Source: Craspedostauros australis | Lineage: Eukaryota | Direction: 5' to 3' | Assembly: GCA_030167865.1 (NCBI GenBank) | Contig: JALAGF010004359.1 | Location: 1 to 64,000, forward strand | Length of the DNA: 64,000 nt | Part shown: positions 11,968-23,851 of the stretch, one piece after another | How the letters are laid out: each line of letters begins with the position of its first letter | Numbering within the stretch: position 1 is the first letter of the stretch | Notes under the pieces: generated by a model | The model's database searches: none | What the model was told of the DNA's origin: nothing | The model's input: the letters and a program-made list of their open reading frames with translations, nothing else | Translations under genes and position numbers: made by a program

Positions 11968-14672
11968 CTACCAATCGCTCGAGCTGGCATGGTAGCGCCT
12001 GACACCGATTTTCTGGATCTTCTTGAAGTCCCCAGTCACAGGATTGTACTGCTTCCATGCAACCAAACTGTTGCGGGCGAGGTATCGCAGCGGGATCGTC
12101 TTCGTGCTCTCGGCGGGCTTGTGTTTGTGCTGCGGCGGATGGGAGAGGAGGTAGTGGGCATACTTTGAGAGTTGGTCTTCATGCACCAGTTGCTTGGAAT
12201 CCGTGCCTGGTTCGGGCGGGCAGATGTCATGCTTCTTCATCAAATGGCGCTCCATCACCTCCATGTCCTCCATGCTCAAACGTCCCTTGAAGGCGACCAT
12301 CTCAGACATGGCACCTTCGCCTTCCCCATCCGAGCCTTGCCCGAAGCACAGGGACATGTTGAAGGTGTGATCAGAGCCGATCGTGAACCCGTCCAAGGTC
12401 GGTGGCACGTTCACAACCTCGGTGCCGGGCGGTGCATTATTCCAGGCGGCTTTGGTACTTGGCCGTTCCGATCGCAACTTCTCCGTCACGCCGTCGATTC
12501 GGATCATGCTGTCTGCACCGTCGTAGACGATCGTGTAGCAATGCCAGGAGCCAGGGCCGCGGTACCCACGATGAACAGTACGGCCCTCCAGGTTGTCGTC
12601 TTCGTTGCTGGTGCTGTCATCCTCGCCCCAATTCTTAGCGTGCTTGAATTGGCAGGTGCACGACAGCGCGATGTCATCGTCCAAACACTTATCCAAGCTG
12701 CTGTCGTCCGATAGCGAGACTGGCAACGGCCATCTTTGCTGCTGCACGTTGGCGTGGTCGTGAGAGTGATCCTCCTCCTCCTCCTCGTTGTTATCGCTGC
12801 AGTCATCATCATATTGCTCGGAGTTTTGCGCTTCCTCGTTCGTGTCATTATGATCGCTCCTCTCGGCGCCTGGATTGTAATTGTAGTACCTGCAGTCCTC
12901 CGTGCACATGCAGACCCCGCTGCGCTCGGTGGAAGTGTCCAACCTGCTCGACGGGTGCATGTGTCCAAATTCGAAGCTGTGGTTGAGGCTGGAGAAGAAG
13001 CAGCCATCCTCCGTGGCAATCCCCACGCAGAATACTGTGATGGGCGTAGCGATCGGTCCGCAGGCAAAGGGCAGCGTGATCAGCCTCACCGCGTGCTTGC
13101 AGTTCGCGTCAAGGAATTGGATGCACACATTCTCCTTGTTCGTATCATGCCATGGCGGCGAGGTCTGCACCTGCTCTTCGCCAGGCCTGTACCCGATGAG
13201 CTGGCGTCGGTATGGGTTTGTGAGTATGACCCTCGGAAGGACCTCTCGTTGCACCTCGCATCGGCGTACCAGCCGCCGTCGCTCGAACAGCTGTTTGCGG
13301 GTGGGGCTGTCAGCGTTGCTGCGCTCATCGCGCGTGCTCAGCAAGGAATCAGTATCCCAGCAGAAGCAGTAACCCTCCGGCCGAGCAAATGCTGCTCCTC
13401 GCACAGCTATCGTCGTTTCGATTCCATTGGTTGCTTGCGGATCGGATTCATTCCGTATCTGCTGTTCCTGTGCCTGTTCCTGTGCCTGCTCCTTCGCCTG
13501 TTCCTGTTCCTGTTGCTCCTTCTCGTCCTTCAGAGCTTGCTGCTCTTGCTGCTGACCACCACTGGCTGATTGCTTTAACTTTTGCTGGCACAGCGCGATG
13601 ATGCTCTGTCGCGATAATGTGATCGCGAGTTCATTGATAATTCAATAATTCATTCATTTCCGAAATCGCCACATATGCGTTTCGGGAGTGCCATTCACGA
13701 ACGTGTCGTGCGTCGATGCATTCGTCGATTGATCCGTACGATGTGATGTGCGTAGAGTGTGAGAGTAAGAGTTCGCCAAGAAATGGGGTTAGACTTCAAG
13801 TTACTCACGAGCAGCAGAACTGCATGTCAGGAGCATTTGAAAACATGTGATGCCATACGAAGTGCACAACAAAAGAAAGGCCAGCGCGTACTCCGCAACA
13901 ACTCGATGCGGGCCCATGCCACGCCATCTCCATCTGAATCAACACAAGATGATGCCGTTCCGAAGAATACAGAATACAGGTCTGCCCCAATCACACGAGC
14001 AAGCAAGCATGCCTGTATGCATGCTTGCATGAATGAACGCACTTCGACGAACGCCTCGGTGTAGCCAAAGGGTGCGAGAACATCCGCTGCCTTCGTGTAG
14101 CTGTCCCACTGATACATGCACAATGCATGCGATGAGGAATCTTGCACGCTGCGCGCGATCTCCACCAGCGAAATTGTCGGTATTGGATCGGCAGTGTTTG
14201 TCGGGGGCGAGTTAGAATGCCTCTGGGGTGGTGGGATCTCGTCCCCACCCGGGACATCGTCGTACCGATCCAACGCAACCGGCTTGAGCCGTATCCCGTC
14301 AGGATGAAACCAAGACAGACAAAAGGTGTGGTGCTTGTTTGGAGGCATCTTTGATTTCGTTTCCGTGCCTGCCATTCCTTCGTCGACAATCGAGGCGATC
14401 AAGGACGGCAGGAGCAGCATCGGCCTTCGTCTGGAACGCTTGCGTTGCTTCGATGGGGACGACTTCTCCGCAGCGCTGGCTGCCCTCGCCTTTGCGCTTG
14501 CCGCGTTCTCGACGAGCACCGTTGCCACACAACTGCGCCATTCACGGTTGATGTTCGTGAGAACGGCAAGCTCCGCGTTGGTGCTTGCATTCTCCACCAA
14601 CCACGGGATGACAACACCCGATGGGACTGATCCGCCCGGTTCCATCGTGTCCATGCTCGTGCTCATGCTCAT
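11968..14672 (-). CDS. Two-exon protein (~755 aa), complement(join(11968..13605,14043..14672)); F-box-like N-terminus and LamG/concanavalin-like C-terminus
   Basis: Donor GAA|GTGCGT at 14042; acceptor CGCGACAG ending 13606; phase-0 join fuses ORFs 13827..15119 and 11968..13404. N-term VVIPWLVEN...LTNINREWRSCV is F-box-like. C-term SWHCYTIVYDG..MIRIDG..FTIGSD..GAMSEMVAFKGRLS resembles LamG/ConA. Confidence 0.7.
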
Positions 14673-15588
14673 GCTAATGCTGGTGTCAACGATCTTCAAC
14701 CCTTGCTTTCTCACGCAACGCTCGGCGAAGCGTTGGCGAAGTGTGAGCGAAGTGTTGGCAATGAGTGGAGTTGCGCGAGCGAACGTATGTGAGTGGAACG
14801 GACAGGCCGCCAGAGAAAGGCTGGGCTCCGCGATGCGTCCGACGTGACGTGCCGAATTCACTGCGACAGTGCCAGCAGCAACTGCGCTGGTATCTTCGCC
14901 AATGTCAGAAGGGGACGCACGCCAGCCACAGCGCAAGTTCTCGGAGCGTGGAGCCCTGCCTGTGGTCTGCTTCGGACCGTGCGATTCCGGGACGATTGTG
15001 GAACGCGATTGCTGAGTACGACTATGGTGGCGGAGTGCGGGAAGAGAGCAGAGGAGCGCTGTGCCGAGCCACAGGCCAATGCAGGAGAGTGATGCGATGA
15101 GCTCGTGGGGCGCCTCCAACAGCCGCAGTTGATCGCTGGATACGAGGAGCCCGTCTTGTCGCCAATACCCTCGTCGCGTCTGTTGTCAACAGAGTGATGC
15201 CTGGGCTCTGTGTCTGGTCATGGTGACTGATGCGCGCAAAACGGAGGAGAAGGCGTTCAGGCGTTTCTGCGGGGTTGTTTGGTAGAGGAGAAAAACGCGC
15301 GGTGGAAGTGGAAACTAGGCGTATAGTACTGAATATGAATACCTTGCGATTGGTATCTTCTCAATCTGCACAGTCCAACGTAGAGTTGCTTCGCCACTGC
15401 GCTTTGCTCTCTCTCTCTCTCTCGGCAGTAGATCCGTCCCTCCATCCATGCCCATGTACAGCCATACCCATTGTCATCGTTGCTTGCATCCTCTACGTTG
15501 GTCCTAAATCCATCGTGCACGCTGTACTCTGCACATTTGTTTCAATTGCACCTGTAACCGCACACGAGGAGAGTATGGTAACATACGA

Positions 15589-16731
15589 TTAGAACACGCC
15601 AGTCAGCCATGCTCGGCTGAGCTGGAAGAGCATCGTGAGTCGTTCCTGCTCCAGCATCTGGGGGTCGAACATGTTGTATTTGAGCTTGTCGAGTTTGGAC
15701 AGATACATCATGGAGGGCACCACGGGCAGGAGACACTGCTTGGATCCTTTTGGCACGTGCCGTTGCAGATCCCTTGCGTGCGATAGATGGTGCATGGCCT
15801 CGGTGCTGATCGTGTGCAGAGCATGCTCGAGCTGTTCCCGCTCTTCCGCGGTGAAGGATTGCAACGGTTCCTCCGTGTTGGCCTTGTAGTACGGAAAGTC
15901 GGAAGGCAGCATTTGCTTGGGAATCGAGCATTCTCCCTGCACGAAACGGAATTGCGCCGATCGCAGCGCCATCGTGAGGCCGATGCCCACGCCAGCCTCC
16001 TGCGCGCACATGTCGGCCTCCTCGTTGGTGGATCCCGTCGTCTCGAGCGCCAGGTACAGGAGGCTCGATGACGTTGCCTCCGCGTACTGCTTCAGATCCT
16101 GCAAGGTCTCCAGCTGCGTCACCTCCAGATCGTTCTCGCGTGCCTCCAGCAATCGCTCCATGAACCTCCGCGTCAACCCGCTCTCGTTGACAGCATCGCG
16201 CAGAACCCGAAGCACGGGATTGCGCATCGACGTCTCTTCGATGTGGCTCATCGATCCCAATCCTCCCACCTGGCTCGATTCGGCATGCGGATCCATACCG
16301 CCGTCTACATTGCCATCCACATCCCTGTAGGCAACGCCCAACGCATCCCTCCACCACTGCATGCGGATGCGCAGCGCGAACGATGACGAGCTGGGTCCCT
16401 CATCCGATGACGCATCGTCGGCACCACGGCGATTCATCATGCTGCTGCTATCCTTGATGGAGGCCAACTCCACGTTGAAGGCCCGGATGGCAAAGTAGGA
16501 CCGCCGTGCACTCGATGGCATCAGCAGCCCGCACAGGTAGGCCTCGCGATCGCGATTCTGCACGAGATCCACGCAGTACTCGAAATCGCCTTTCTTTTGG
16601 TGCACCGTTGGTTGCGAAGCCATTGTACGGCGCCCGCTGTTGGGGCGTTCAGTTTGCCAAGCGGAGCATGGTGACAAGTGTGCACGCCGCGTCAGCAGCG
16701 ACGCTCTCTGCAGGATGGTTCTCGTCGTCAT
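15589..16731 (-). CDS. NDUFAF6: Mitochondrial complex I assembly factor 6 (squalene/phytoene synthase fold)
   Basis: YCVDLVQNRDREAYLCGLLMP, YFAIRAFNVELASIKD, RMQWWRDAL, LKQYAEATSSSLLYLALE; Arg-rich presequence from ATG 16731. Confidence 0.88.
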   Translation of the reverse strand: MTTRTILQRASLLTRRAHLSPCSAWQTERPNSGRRTMASQPTVHQKKGDFEYCVDLVQNRDREAYLCGLLMPSSARRSYFAIRAFNVELASIKDSSSMMNRRGADDASSDEGPSSSSFALRIRMQWWRDALGVAYRDVDGNVDGGMDPHAESSQVGGLGSMSHIEETSMRNPVLRVLRDAVNESGLTRRFMERLLEARENDLEVTQLETLQDLKQYAEATSSSLLYLALETTGSTNEEADMCAQEAGVGIGLTMALRSAQFRFVQGECSIPKQMLPSDFPYYKANTEEPLQSFTAEEREQLEHALHTISTEAMHHLSHARDLQRHVPKGSKQCLLPVVPSMMYLSKLDKLKYNMFDPQMLEQERLTMLFQLSRAWLTGVF

Positions 16732-17409
16732 CGCTGCACGGCTTCTGCAGCTGGCGCTGCTGTTGTCGATACTGTTCGAACGGGGATCCGACTGTTGATC
16801 CAGTGCCAATGGCGCTCGGTTTGATGAAGAGCAGAAGTACGAGTATCAACGGAGAAAGTGGAATGCCAGTGGTTGTTGCTGTGGTTGTGGCTGTGGCTGT
16901 GCCTCCGGATCGGATCCTTGGTGTCCCAGGATGCCTCTCTCTCTCGCTGTGACTAATGGGTGTGTTTGTTGTGCGAGGAGGAGAATTGTGGTTTGGTGAT
17001 CGCTGACGTCACAACGACCGAATTGCGATCTTGGATCGGCTGACGATACCCTTCTACTCGTATCATGCTCTGTCCACAGGCATTGGCACCCTGCTGGGAT
17101 GTTGTTCTCGATTCTGCTCTGCGATGCTCTTGTCGAAAGGGCTGCTCAGTCTCTGCACAGCAGTTGTCTCTTGTGAACTGTATTGTATTATTCTATATTA
17201 TATTATTCTACATTATAGAATGCGTACGTAATGTTTGTTACAAGTGTTAAAGTCTGCCGCCAACATTGTCCTCGTTTTCCATGTTGCACAATATGTATCA
17301 TAGACAACAACTGACGAACATGACAATCTGTGATGTCGATGGAAGAGAGTTTTCCACCGGCAGAGTGGCATTGATCGAGTGCATGATGTACGGCGTACTC
17401 CCTGCAAGT

Positions 17410-18417
17410 CTACACGGCGCAACGACAGCAGAATGGGATCTTGCAGCATCTTTGCCTTCGGAGGGGTGGCCTGTCAAGGAGCAACGGCGCATCCCTCTTG
17501 GCGATCGTCACATTCTCAAAGTCTGGCAAGAAATAGCCATTCGTCAACCAACGCACGGGAGATGGAAGGGAAGAGAGGAACTCGTCCTGGTACTCCGGCG
17601 TCGTCCAAGACCGCATGGACACGAGGATCGCGCACAAATAGTTCTTGAGTCCATTCTCGACGCCATCTTTGCGACCGATTGCTTGAATAACAACCTCCTC
17701 CTCCTCTTGGGTGAAGTACTTGCGCAGCAACGGCGCAACCGTTTCTTCCTCCTCTTTCAAATGCTCGCGAAAGATGGTCGCGAACTGCGGAAGCATTTGG
17801 TGAAGTCGATGGATCTCAGAGTGACAATTCTGTCCACGTTTTTGGATCATCGCTCTGCACACTTGCTCGATGTCACCGAGCTGCTGCACCAGATGTTCGT
17901 GATCAGCACTGTAACGGTCCTTCCGGGCCTCCACCCACGCGGGGTCATCATTTGCTTTCGTATCGATCCATGGGAAGTACAGCTCCTCCTCGTTGTCGTG
18001 GTGGGTGTGGATCATTGGAGAAAAGGCATCCAACACCCATTCGCAGAAATACACCACCCTCCAGCTGCAGTCCTCGTTCTTCGCGTCGTCGCATTCGTCG
18101 CCTTTTGCAGCGGCGGCGCTGGTGCGGTTGAGCAGTGCCTGCACGCTCTCTTCCATGGCGCTGAGACCCTCCCTCAGTGGCTCATGAGGAATCAACAGCG
18201 ACAGGTCCGCCCAGTCCGTGGGTGGGTTGCTTTTGTTGTACACCTCCGATGTCAACCCAGACACGACGATGCCTGGGTGGCAGGTCGGCTCGCTATCAGT
18301 CTCATTCATGCTGTCGGCCATCTTGCTGAACTCGTCTTGTCTTTGCTGCGCTCTTGCTGTGGTTTGATGTGCTATGGTGGTGTCACGATTGTCGCTATTG
18401 CTTCTTTGCTCCTTCAA
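17410..18417 (-). CDS. Hemerythrin (HHE cation-binding) domain protein with Cys-rich C-tail
   Basis: His/Glu ligand pattern PHEPLR...HTHHDNEEE..FPW...DHEHL...EHLKEEEE; ends RCCKIPFCCRCAV; start could be a downstream Met. Confidence 0.85.
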   Translation of the reverse strand: MKEQRSNSDNRDTTIAHQTTARAQQRQDEFSKMADSMNETDSEPTCHPGIVVSGLTSEVYNKSNPPTDWADLSLLIPHEPLREGLSAMEESVQALLNRTSAAAAKGDECDDAKNEDCSWRVVYFCEWVLDAFSPMIHTHHDNEEELYFPWIDTKANDDPAWVEARKDRYSADHEHLVQQLGDIEQVCRAMIQKRGQNCHSEIHRLHQMLPQFATIFREHLKEEEETVAPLLRKYFTQEEEEVVIQAIGRKDGVENGLKNYLCAILVSMRSWTTPEYQDEFLSSLPSPVRWLTNGYFLPDFENVTIAKRDAPLLLDRPPLRRQRCCKIPFCCRCAV

Positions 18418-19370
18418 TCTTCGTCCACGGTCTGTTTCTTATGTGGCCATTGGGCTGTACCGCGCGAGGAGTGAACATCAACACAGACAGAACCATCAAT
18501 GAACGCCATCGATGGACACCTTCGCTGACAGGGATCAAAGAGGCGCCATCAATGAACATTACCGGCGGCAGGGACCAAAGTTTCGCCAACAAGTCGATGC
18601 CTTGTGGCTGAGGTCATTGCGTTTCACTTCTGTTGGATTGTTGTCGGAGTTGGGAGAACTTTGTGAAGAACTCTTTGGGCGGGTGGTGACTGGTGAGTGG
18701 AACCCTGCATGCGGCTTTTCATTCATTGTTGAATATACACGACTGAATCTCAGCGTACGCACATCAGACGTGAATAGTCTCTCATGACAAGTCAAGGCCT
18801 CAGATGCTTCAGAATCATTGTTAGGCCACCAACGCGCCAATAAAAACGAATGAACTTGTCCCAGGTGCGCGACTTCGATGATGCGAGGCATTCCATCGCA
18901 CACCTTCTCTGTGACATGCGAGCAGAATGAGACGGTTCAATAAATCATAAAGAGGGTGAGAACGACAGAGATGTTTCGATTGCGAAGCACGGGTATGCAA
19001 CGACAACGTTGTACCCTACTGAATGACATGTGATCGACATCGCTTGGTCGCGCTGGATATGCACCTGCCCGCTTGGTACGAGTAATCAATCATATTTGTA
19101 TCATGCTGTAATGTTCTATAGAATATGTAATATTTTATATTACTTGCTGTATCGTGGTCCGTGATCAAGGTACCACTCCGCGAGGGATAATGTTTTTGGT
19201 GTTGCCGTCTCCGGCAACGTTTCAAACTGTTGTCAACATCATGCTTGGGTCAGGTCGTTCCCTGTCGATTCATACTTCATGCTTCTCTTGCGTCGCTCAC
19301 TTGTGTGTGGCTTGGACAACTGGCTCCACCAAAATGCAGCTCGTTGCCAGATCACCGTGAGAATTCGTCT

Positions 19371-20747
19371 CTAGGAATGGAAGTGATCCATGATCTCCTG
19401 CATGCGGCGATGCTCCATCTCGTCGGCGCTTCTCCCACCGTCATCCGATTCGCTGCTGCTCTCCCACTCGGAGTCGATGCTGCGCTCGGAGACCGATTCC
19501 TGATCATCGAGAGCATCCTGCAGCTCTCTCCAAACATGGTTGTCCTCGGTGGGATTGAGCGTGCGCATCTCTTCCTTCTTGACTTTGGCCTTGACGCGTT
19601 TCATGGCCTTGGCAGCCTGCTTTCGGAAGTCCGTGGCGGCCTCGACGCAAAGCATCGCGGCGCTCGTGCGAATCTCTTCCCTCTTTTGGATCTCGCGTCG
19701 CTTCTGCTGTTCTTCCTGCTCCTGCTTGCGACGTACGGCCAAGCGCTCCTTGTCGGCCTCTTTTTGCAGAGTCTTACGGGCCTGATCCTGTTTCTGTTGC
19801 GCCGCCAGGGCCATTTTAGAAGCGCGGCGTTCCAAGAACTGCTTGCGTTCGGCCGAGTAGTTCTTTTCGGATTGGACTCGGGCCGTCTCGGCGGATTGTT
19901 CCAGGTGGCGCTCCAGCAGCTCCTTCTGGCGGGCGAATTCATCCGGCAGCCGCGGCTTCAGCGAGCGGCTGGATCTCTTCGAACGCTTGGGAGATGCGAC
20001 GATCACGATCTTGTTGGACGTCATGGTGATCGGTGTGAGAGGAGGTGTGACCGATCCTCCTCGCGATTTTGCATTCGTCTTGGGCGTCGACCACGACCCC
20101 ATCGTTGGTGGTGGAGGTGGTGGCGATGATGAGGACGAGGATGTCCACGGTGATGGTGGCGTGGTTGTGCTGGTATTGCCCATGCTGCTTCTGCGGCTGA
20201 CATTGCTCTTGCTGCTGTGGGTACTGCTATTTCGGCTGGTTCTGCCGGTCTTTGAATTGCATGTGTCAGAACTTTTGACCGAGTGCGACGATGACCTCAA
20301 GGATAGGGGCGGGGCAGGCACGTTCACATTCTTCTGCTTCTTTTGCTTGCGGTTCATTTGCTGCGCCGATTTGGGTGATTTGAGCGGCTTCGGTGACGCA
20401 GCAGGCCGAGAGGTCTTTGCTTTCTGTTTGGGAGATCGAAGGCCTGTTCGGGATTGCTGTTCGCAAGCTCCTTCTGATGGATGTTGTTGCTTCTGCTGCC
20501 TCTGGGCTTGCTTCGAAATGCTCGACGCCTTCCTGGGTTTGTACTTTGACGGTGGCGCAAATTGGAACATGGACGGCACCTGGAGATCCGTTTGGCCTTC
20601 GTTTGCTCTATTGTTTCGGCTGTACCTTGGCGTTGGGTCGGCCGCAGACGCAGATTCAGATGCAGACAGAGGTGTCCCTCGTTTTCTGCCGTCGCTGGTA
20701 GTGGTAGTGGTCGTGGTCATGGCGGTGGTTGCGGTGATCGCTGACAT
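19371..20747 (-). CDS. Hypothetical basic protein with C-terminal coiled coil
   Basis: ATG 20747 (MSAITATT); Ser/Pro/Lys-rich N-half, E/K/R/Q helical C-half. Confidence 0.65.
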   Translation of the reverse strand: MSAITATTAMTTTTTTTSDGRKRGTPLSASESASAADPTPRYSRNNRANEGQTDLQVPSMFQFAPPSKYKPRKASSISKQAQRQQKQQHPSEGACEQQSRTGLRSPKQKAKTSRPAASPKPLKSPKSAQQMNRKQKKQKNVNVPAPPLSLRSSSHSVKSSDTCNSKTGRTSRNSSTHSSKSNVSRRSSMGNTSTTTPPSPWTSSSSSSPPPPPPTMGSWSTPKTNAKSRGGSVTPPLTPITMTSNKIVIVASPKRSKRSSRSLKPRLPDEFARQKELLERHLEQSAETARVQSEKNYSAERKQFLERRASKMALAAQQKQDQARKTLQKEADKERLAVRRKQEQEEQQKRREIQKREEIRTSAAMLCVEAATDFRKQAAKAMKRVKAKVKKEEMRTLNPTEDNHVWRELQDALDDQESVSERSIDSEWESSSESDDGGRSADEMEHRRMQEIMDHFHS

Positions 20748-22703
20748 GGTCGCTTGGCTCCAAAGTGAAAATCGGGCAGCGTGGTACCAATCGTGTGGCA
20801 ATCGTTTGGATGCCTCTTTCGTATTAGTATTGTATTGGACTATTATAGATGAGTGTGAGTACTCGTGGGCACGTTGCGCTTTGGTTGGGTGGCAGGAATG
20901 GTTGTGGTGTTTGGGTTTGAGACCGTGTGAGGAAGAAGTGGTTCCGTGTCCCTTCTTTTTGTGGTGCCCTTCTTGACATCTTGGATGTTGGTGCGTCGCT
21001 GGTGGAAGTGAGTGAAGTCGTTCGCCCTTTGCCCACGCACCCTCTGATTCCACCTTGCACAAACTCTTGTTCATGGTATGGTCGCATCATTCCGGAGCGT
21101 CTGGGTGGTCTTGCCTTTTCCGTCCCTCTTTGCTTCTGCTTCTATTTCTGCACCCGCGTTCGCTGTGATTGCCGTTTCGCCTTCTTGAACGGGTTTCGAT
21201 CGCAGTCACAAAATGGCCGCGGTGGCGCGACTGTGTTTTCTGTTTGTTTGGGACGAGTGAGATAAAAAATCCACGTTTGGAGTGCCTGTGAGAATTATCA
21301 ATCGTTTCACTGATGCCGAGACAGTCAGTTAACCCCGAACTCGAAACGATTGTCCGTGAAATGAAGGCACTCCTTGTCGGACAAATGTATATTGGGACTA
21401 TTTAAGTCTATTTATCAACACGGACAACAAATTCATTAAATTATAATATATAATAATTTACCGCATGTTACAGATTAATACTGAAAATACAAAGATGTAT
21501 GTATTTTACCATGTATCGTATTGTCCCAGACTTGGACAACAAGTAAGAAGTACACGCGACGAATCGAGATAAAAGAGACAAAGGAGAACGTCAAGACATA
21601 TTTTGACATCGGTTTGATGTGAACGGATTGCGGAATCTGGTTTCTCTCTGCCAGGGCCATTGGAACGATGACTGAAAAAGCCGTGACAAGTGATGAGCAA
21701 CCAAGGTCAAGGCGATGAAACACGCGAAGAGGTAGCCGAACAGAAGGAAAGGAAGCGAACGACACGCAGACATGCCATCCTTCGCCTTGCCACAGCGCCA
21801 CGTCTGCCCAAGGCTCCCGCCACCACCTGTGATCCTGCCATGATGCACGCCGAAGCATGAGGATTGTGCTCCTCTTTGGCAGCAATCCACGAACCTAACT
21901 CACCCAAATGGAAAGTTCGTATTTGTGATCGTAGTTGTTGTGCTTCTTCGCAGCGAACACCATGGAGAGCCACATGTGGCCATAGATGTTGGATGATCAA
22001 TGTGCTGCACAATTCGATACGATCACGTCAAGAAGGAACGCTTCGACAGACGTCGTCGATTTGCTCCGCCATCACGAGTATCGGCACACATGCCAAAGTC
22101 AGCGACAGGAATGGAATTGGAGACAGTGCCAAATCGAGCACTAGCCACACCACCACAACAGCTCTTCTCTACGAAGATTAGGCAGCACAGCTGTCGGCTC
22201 TCTATCAGATCGGGCAGGGGAGAGGATTCCAGGATCGCGTCCGCTGCCAAGCCAAAACGAGAAGCTGTCGACGTGGTGTCCAACTCACCCGCCAACACGG
22301 GGAAGGATGCATGCGTGTCATGGTGCACACATCAACCTCAAGGCCAACACCGTATGCGAACTTTGTTGTCTTGATGCCGTTGTTCTTCCTGATTTGCTTT
22401 ATGGACGAGAACGACGGTGACGACTTTCTCCGCTTAGGATGGACCTTGCCACAACGCGAAAATGCTTATGTCCTCACGTTTCGCAATTGGGTTGTGGCTG
22501 ACGACGTGGTGGAGTTGGTATCGCAATTGCACACTTCCTCCTTCCCCTCCTCCTGTTGGCTTCCAAACCCGATTCTTGGTAGGTTGCCTTGTGTGTGACA
22601 ATCGCATGAAGGATTTATCTAAGGTCGCTTCGTACAGAAACATCCATGAGTGCCGGCCAAAGTCGATGCGCTTCCTACTCTTTCAGAAGACCCATCTGTC
22701 TGT

Positions 22704-22707
<4 letters not shown>

Positions 22708-22747
<40 letters not shown>
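22708..22747. repeat. (CCTG)10 microsatellite
   Basis: Read directly. Confidence 0.95.
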
Positions 22748-23260
22748 CTGCTTCACTTCCCTCTGTTTTGGTGACGCCGAGAAAGCAGCCCACCATTCGT
22801 CATGTTCAATGAGGCCATGGCTGCAGCTATGAACTCAAAGGATGGGGAAGCCTGCTTCCTCTTCCCATTTGTTCGAGACGATACCACTCACAAGGCAACT
22901 TGTAGACGTATCAGTACATACACCACACTCCATTGCTCAGCTCTTCTCCACGCTCTGTTGGTAATACTGACTGTACTTCCACATCCTCATACACAAGGCA
23001 ACTTCCCAAGAAGGGCGATCCCCCTTGGCAAAAGCACAGCCTGCTTACCTCATAACAACTTCCTGCTCAGGACAACCGCCCAGACAAGGAGCAATCACCC
23101 AACAAGGTGAAACCGACAAGAAGAACACGAACGAAGAGGCTCCCCAGAGATCCGCAGAGAAGCACCAGCGAAACTGCGAATAGCATCGCGCGGATACTCC
23201 ACGAGCTGGAAAGCGCCATAAAACCAGCAAAAAGTATCAGTCGAAGCATCGACCAGCACC

Positions 23261-23851
23261 ATGACAGCGGTGACCTTCGCATCTTTCACGACGGAAATCC
23301 CCCACGGGCCTGACTCGCCCACGCAGTCAGCCACAGCGCAGCGCTCGTGCTGTGACGGCAACGATGCCATCGATCGCAATCATCCCACAATGGGGCGCTC
23401 CTGCAATTGCAACTGCGATTGCGACGCCGAAGACCGCCACAGCAGCGGGAGCTGGTACTCGCGCAGCGACATGAAACGATTTCGAGAAGACGCCATTGAG
23501 GACTGCTGCGACGACTGCAGCGACAGCGGTGTCTGCAAGCTGTGCGATGGAGGCAACGAGCAGCACATCCGAAGGACATGTCGCCGCAATCTCATCCAGA
23601 GCCTCCTGGCGCAGCAGGAACAGAGCATCCTGCTGGGCATTCCCAACGATCCCAAGGGACTCGCCAAGCTCTCCAAGGCCTGCAGCAAGTTCTCGCAGCA
23701 ACGAGCGCGTGCAAGCGCCATCGCGCTGGCGAAGGAGATGGGATACGCCGTGGCCAAGCCCGGCAAGCACTGCAGCGCTGGCGTCTCGCCAAGGAGACTC
23801 GGCATGACGAAGGCACCGAAGAGACGAAGCATCGTCGCGCCTTTGGCGTAG
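23261..23851 (+). CDS. Hypothetical protein of a diatom-type small family (VxF...WY...F; L.Q.Q...DP..LA..S..A)
   Basis: 196-aa ORF with AVTF, SWYSRSDMKRFR, SLLAQQEQ, DPKGLAKLSKACS, RARASA. Confidence 0.7.
   Translation: MTAVTFASFTTEIPHGPDSPTQSATAQRSCCDGNDAIDRNHPTMGRSCNCNCDCDAEDRHSSGSWYSRSDMKRFREDAIEDCCDDCSDSGVCKLCDGGNEQHIRRTCRRNLIQSLLAQQEQSILLGIPNDPKGLAKLSKACSKFSQQRARASAIALAKEMGYAVAKPGKHCSAGVSPRRLGMTKAPKRRSIVAPLA

Noticed and set aside
14673-15119. N-terminal extensions of ORF-track calls (also 3431..3796, 20748..21074, 40510..40755)
   Set aside because: Mostly begin at non-ATG or poor-context starts and read like UTR; downstream ATGs give more coherent proteins
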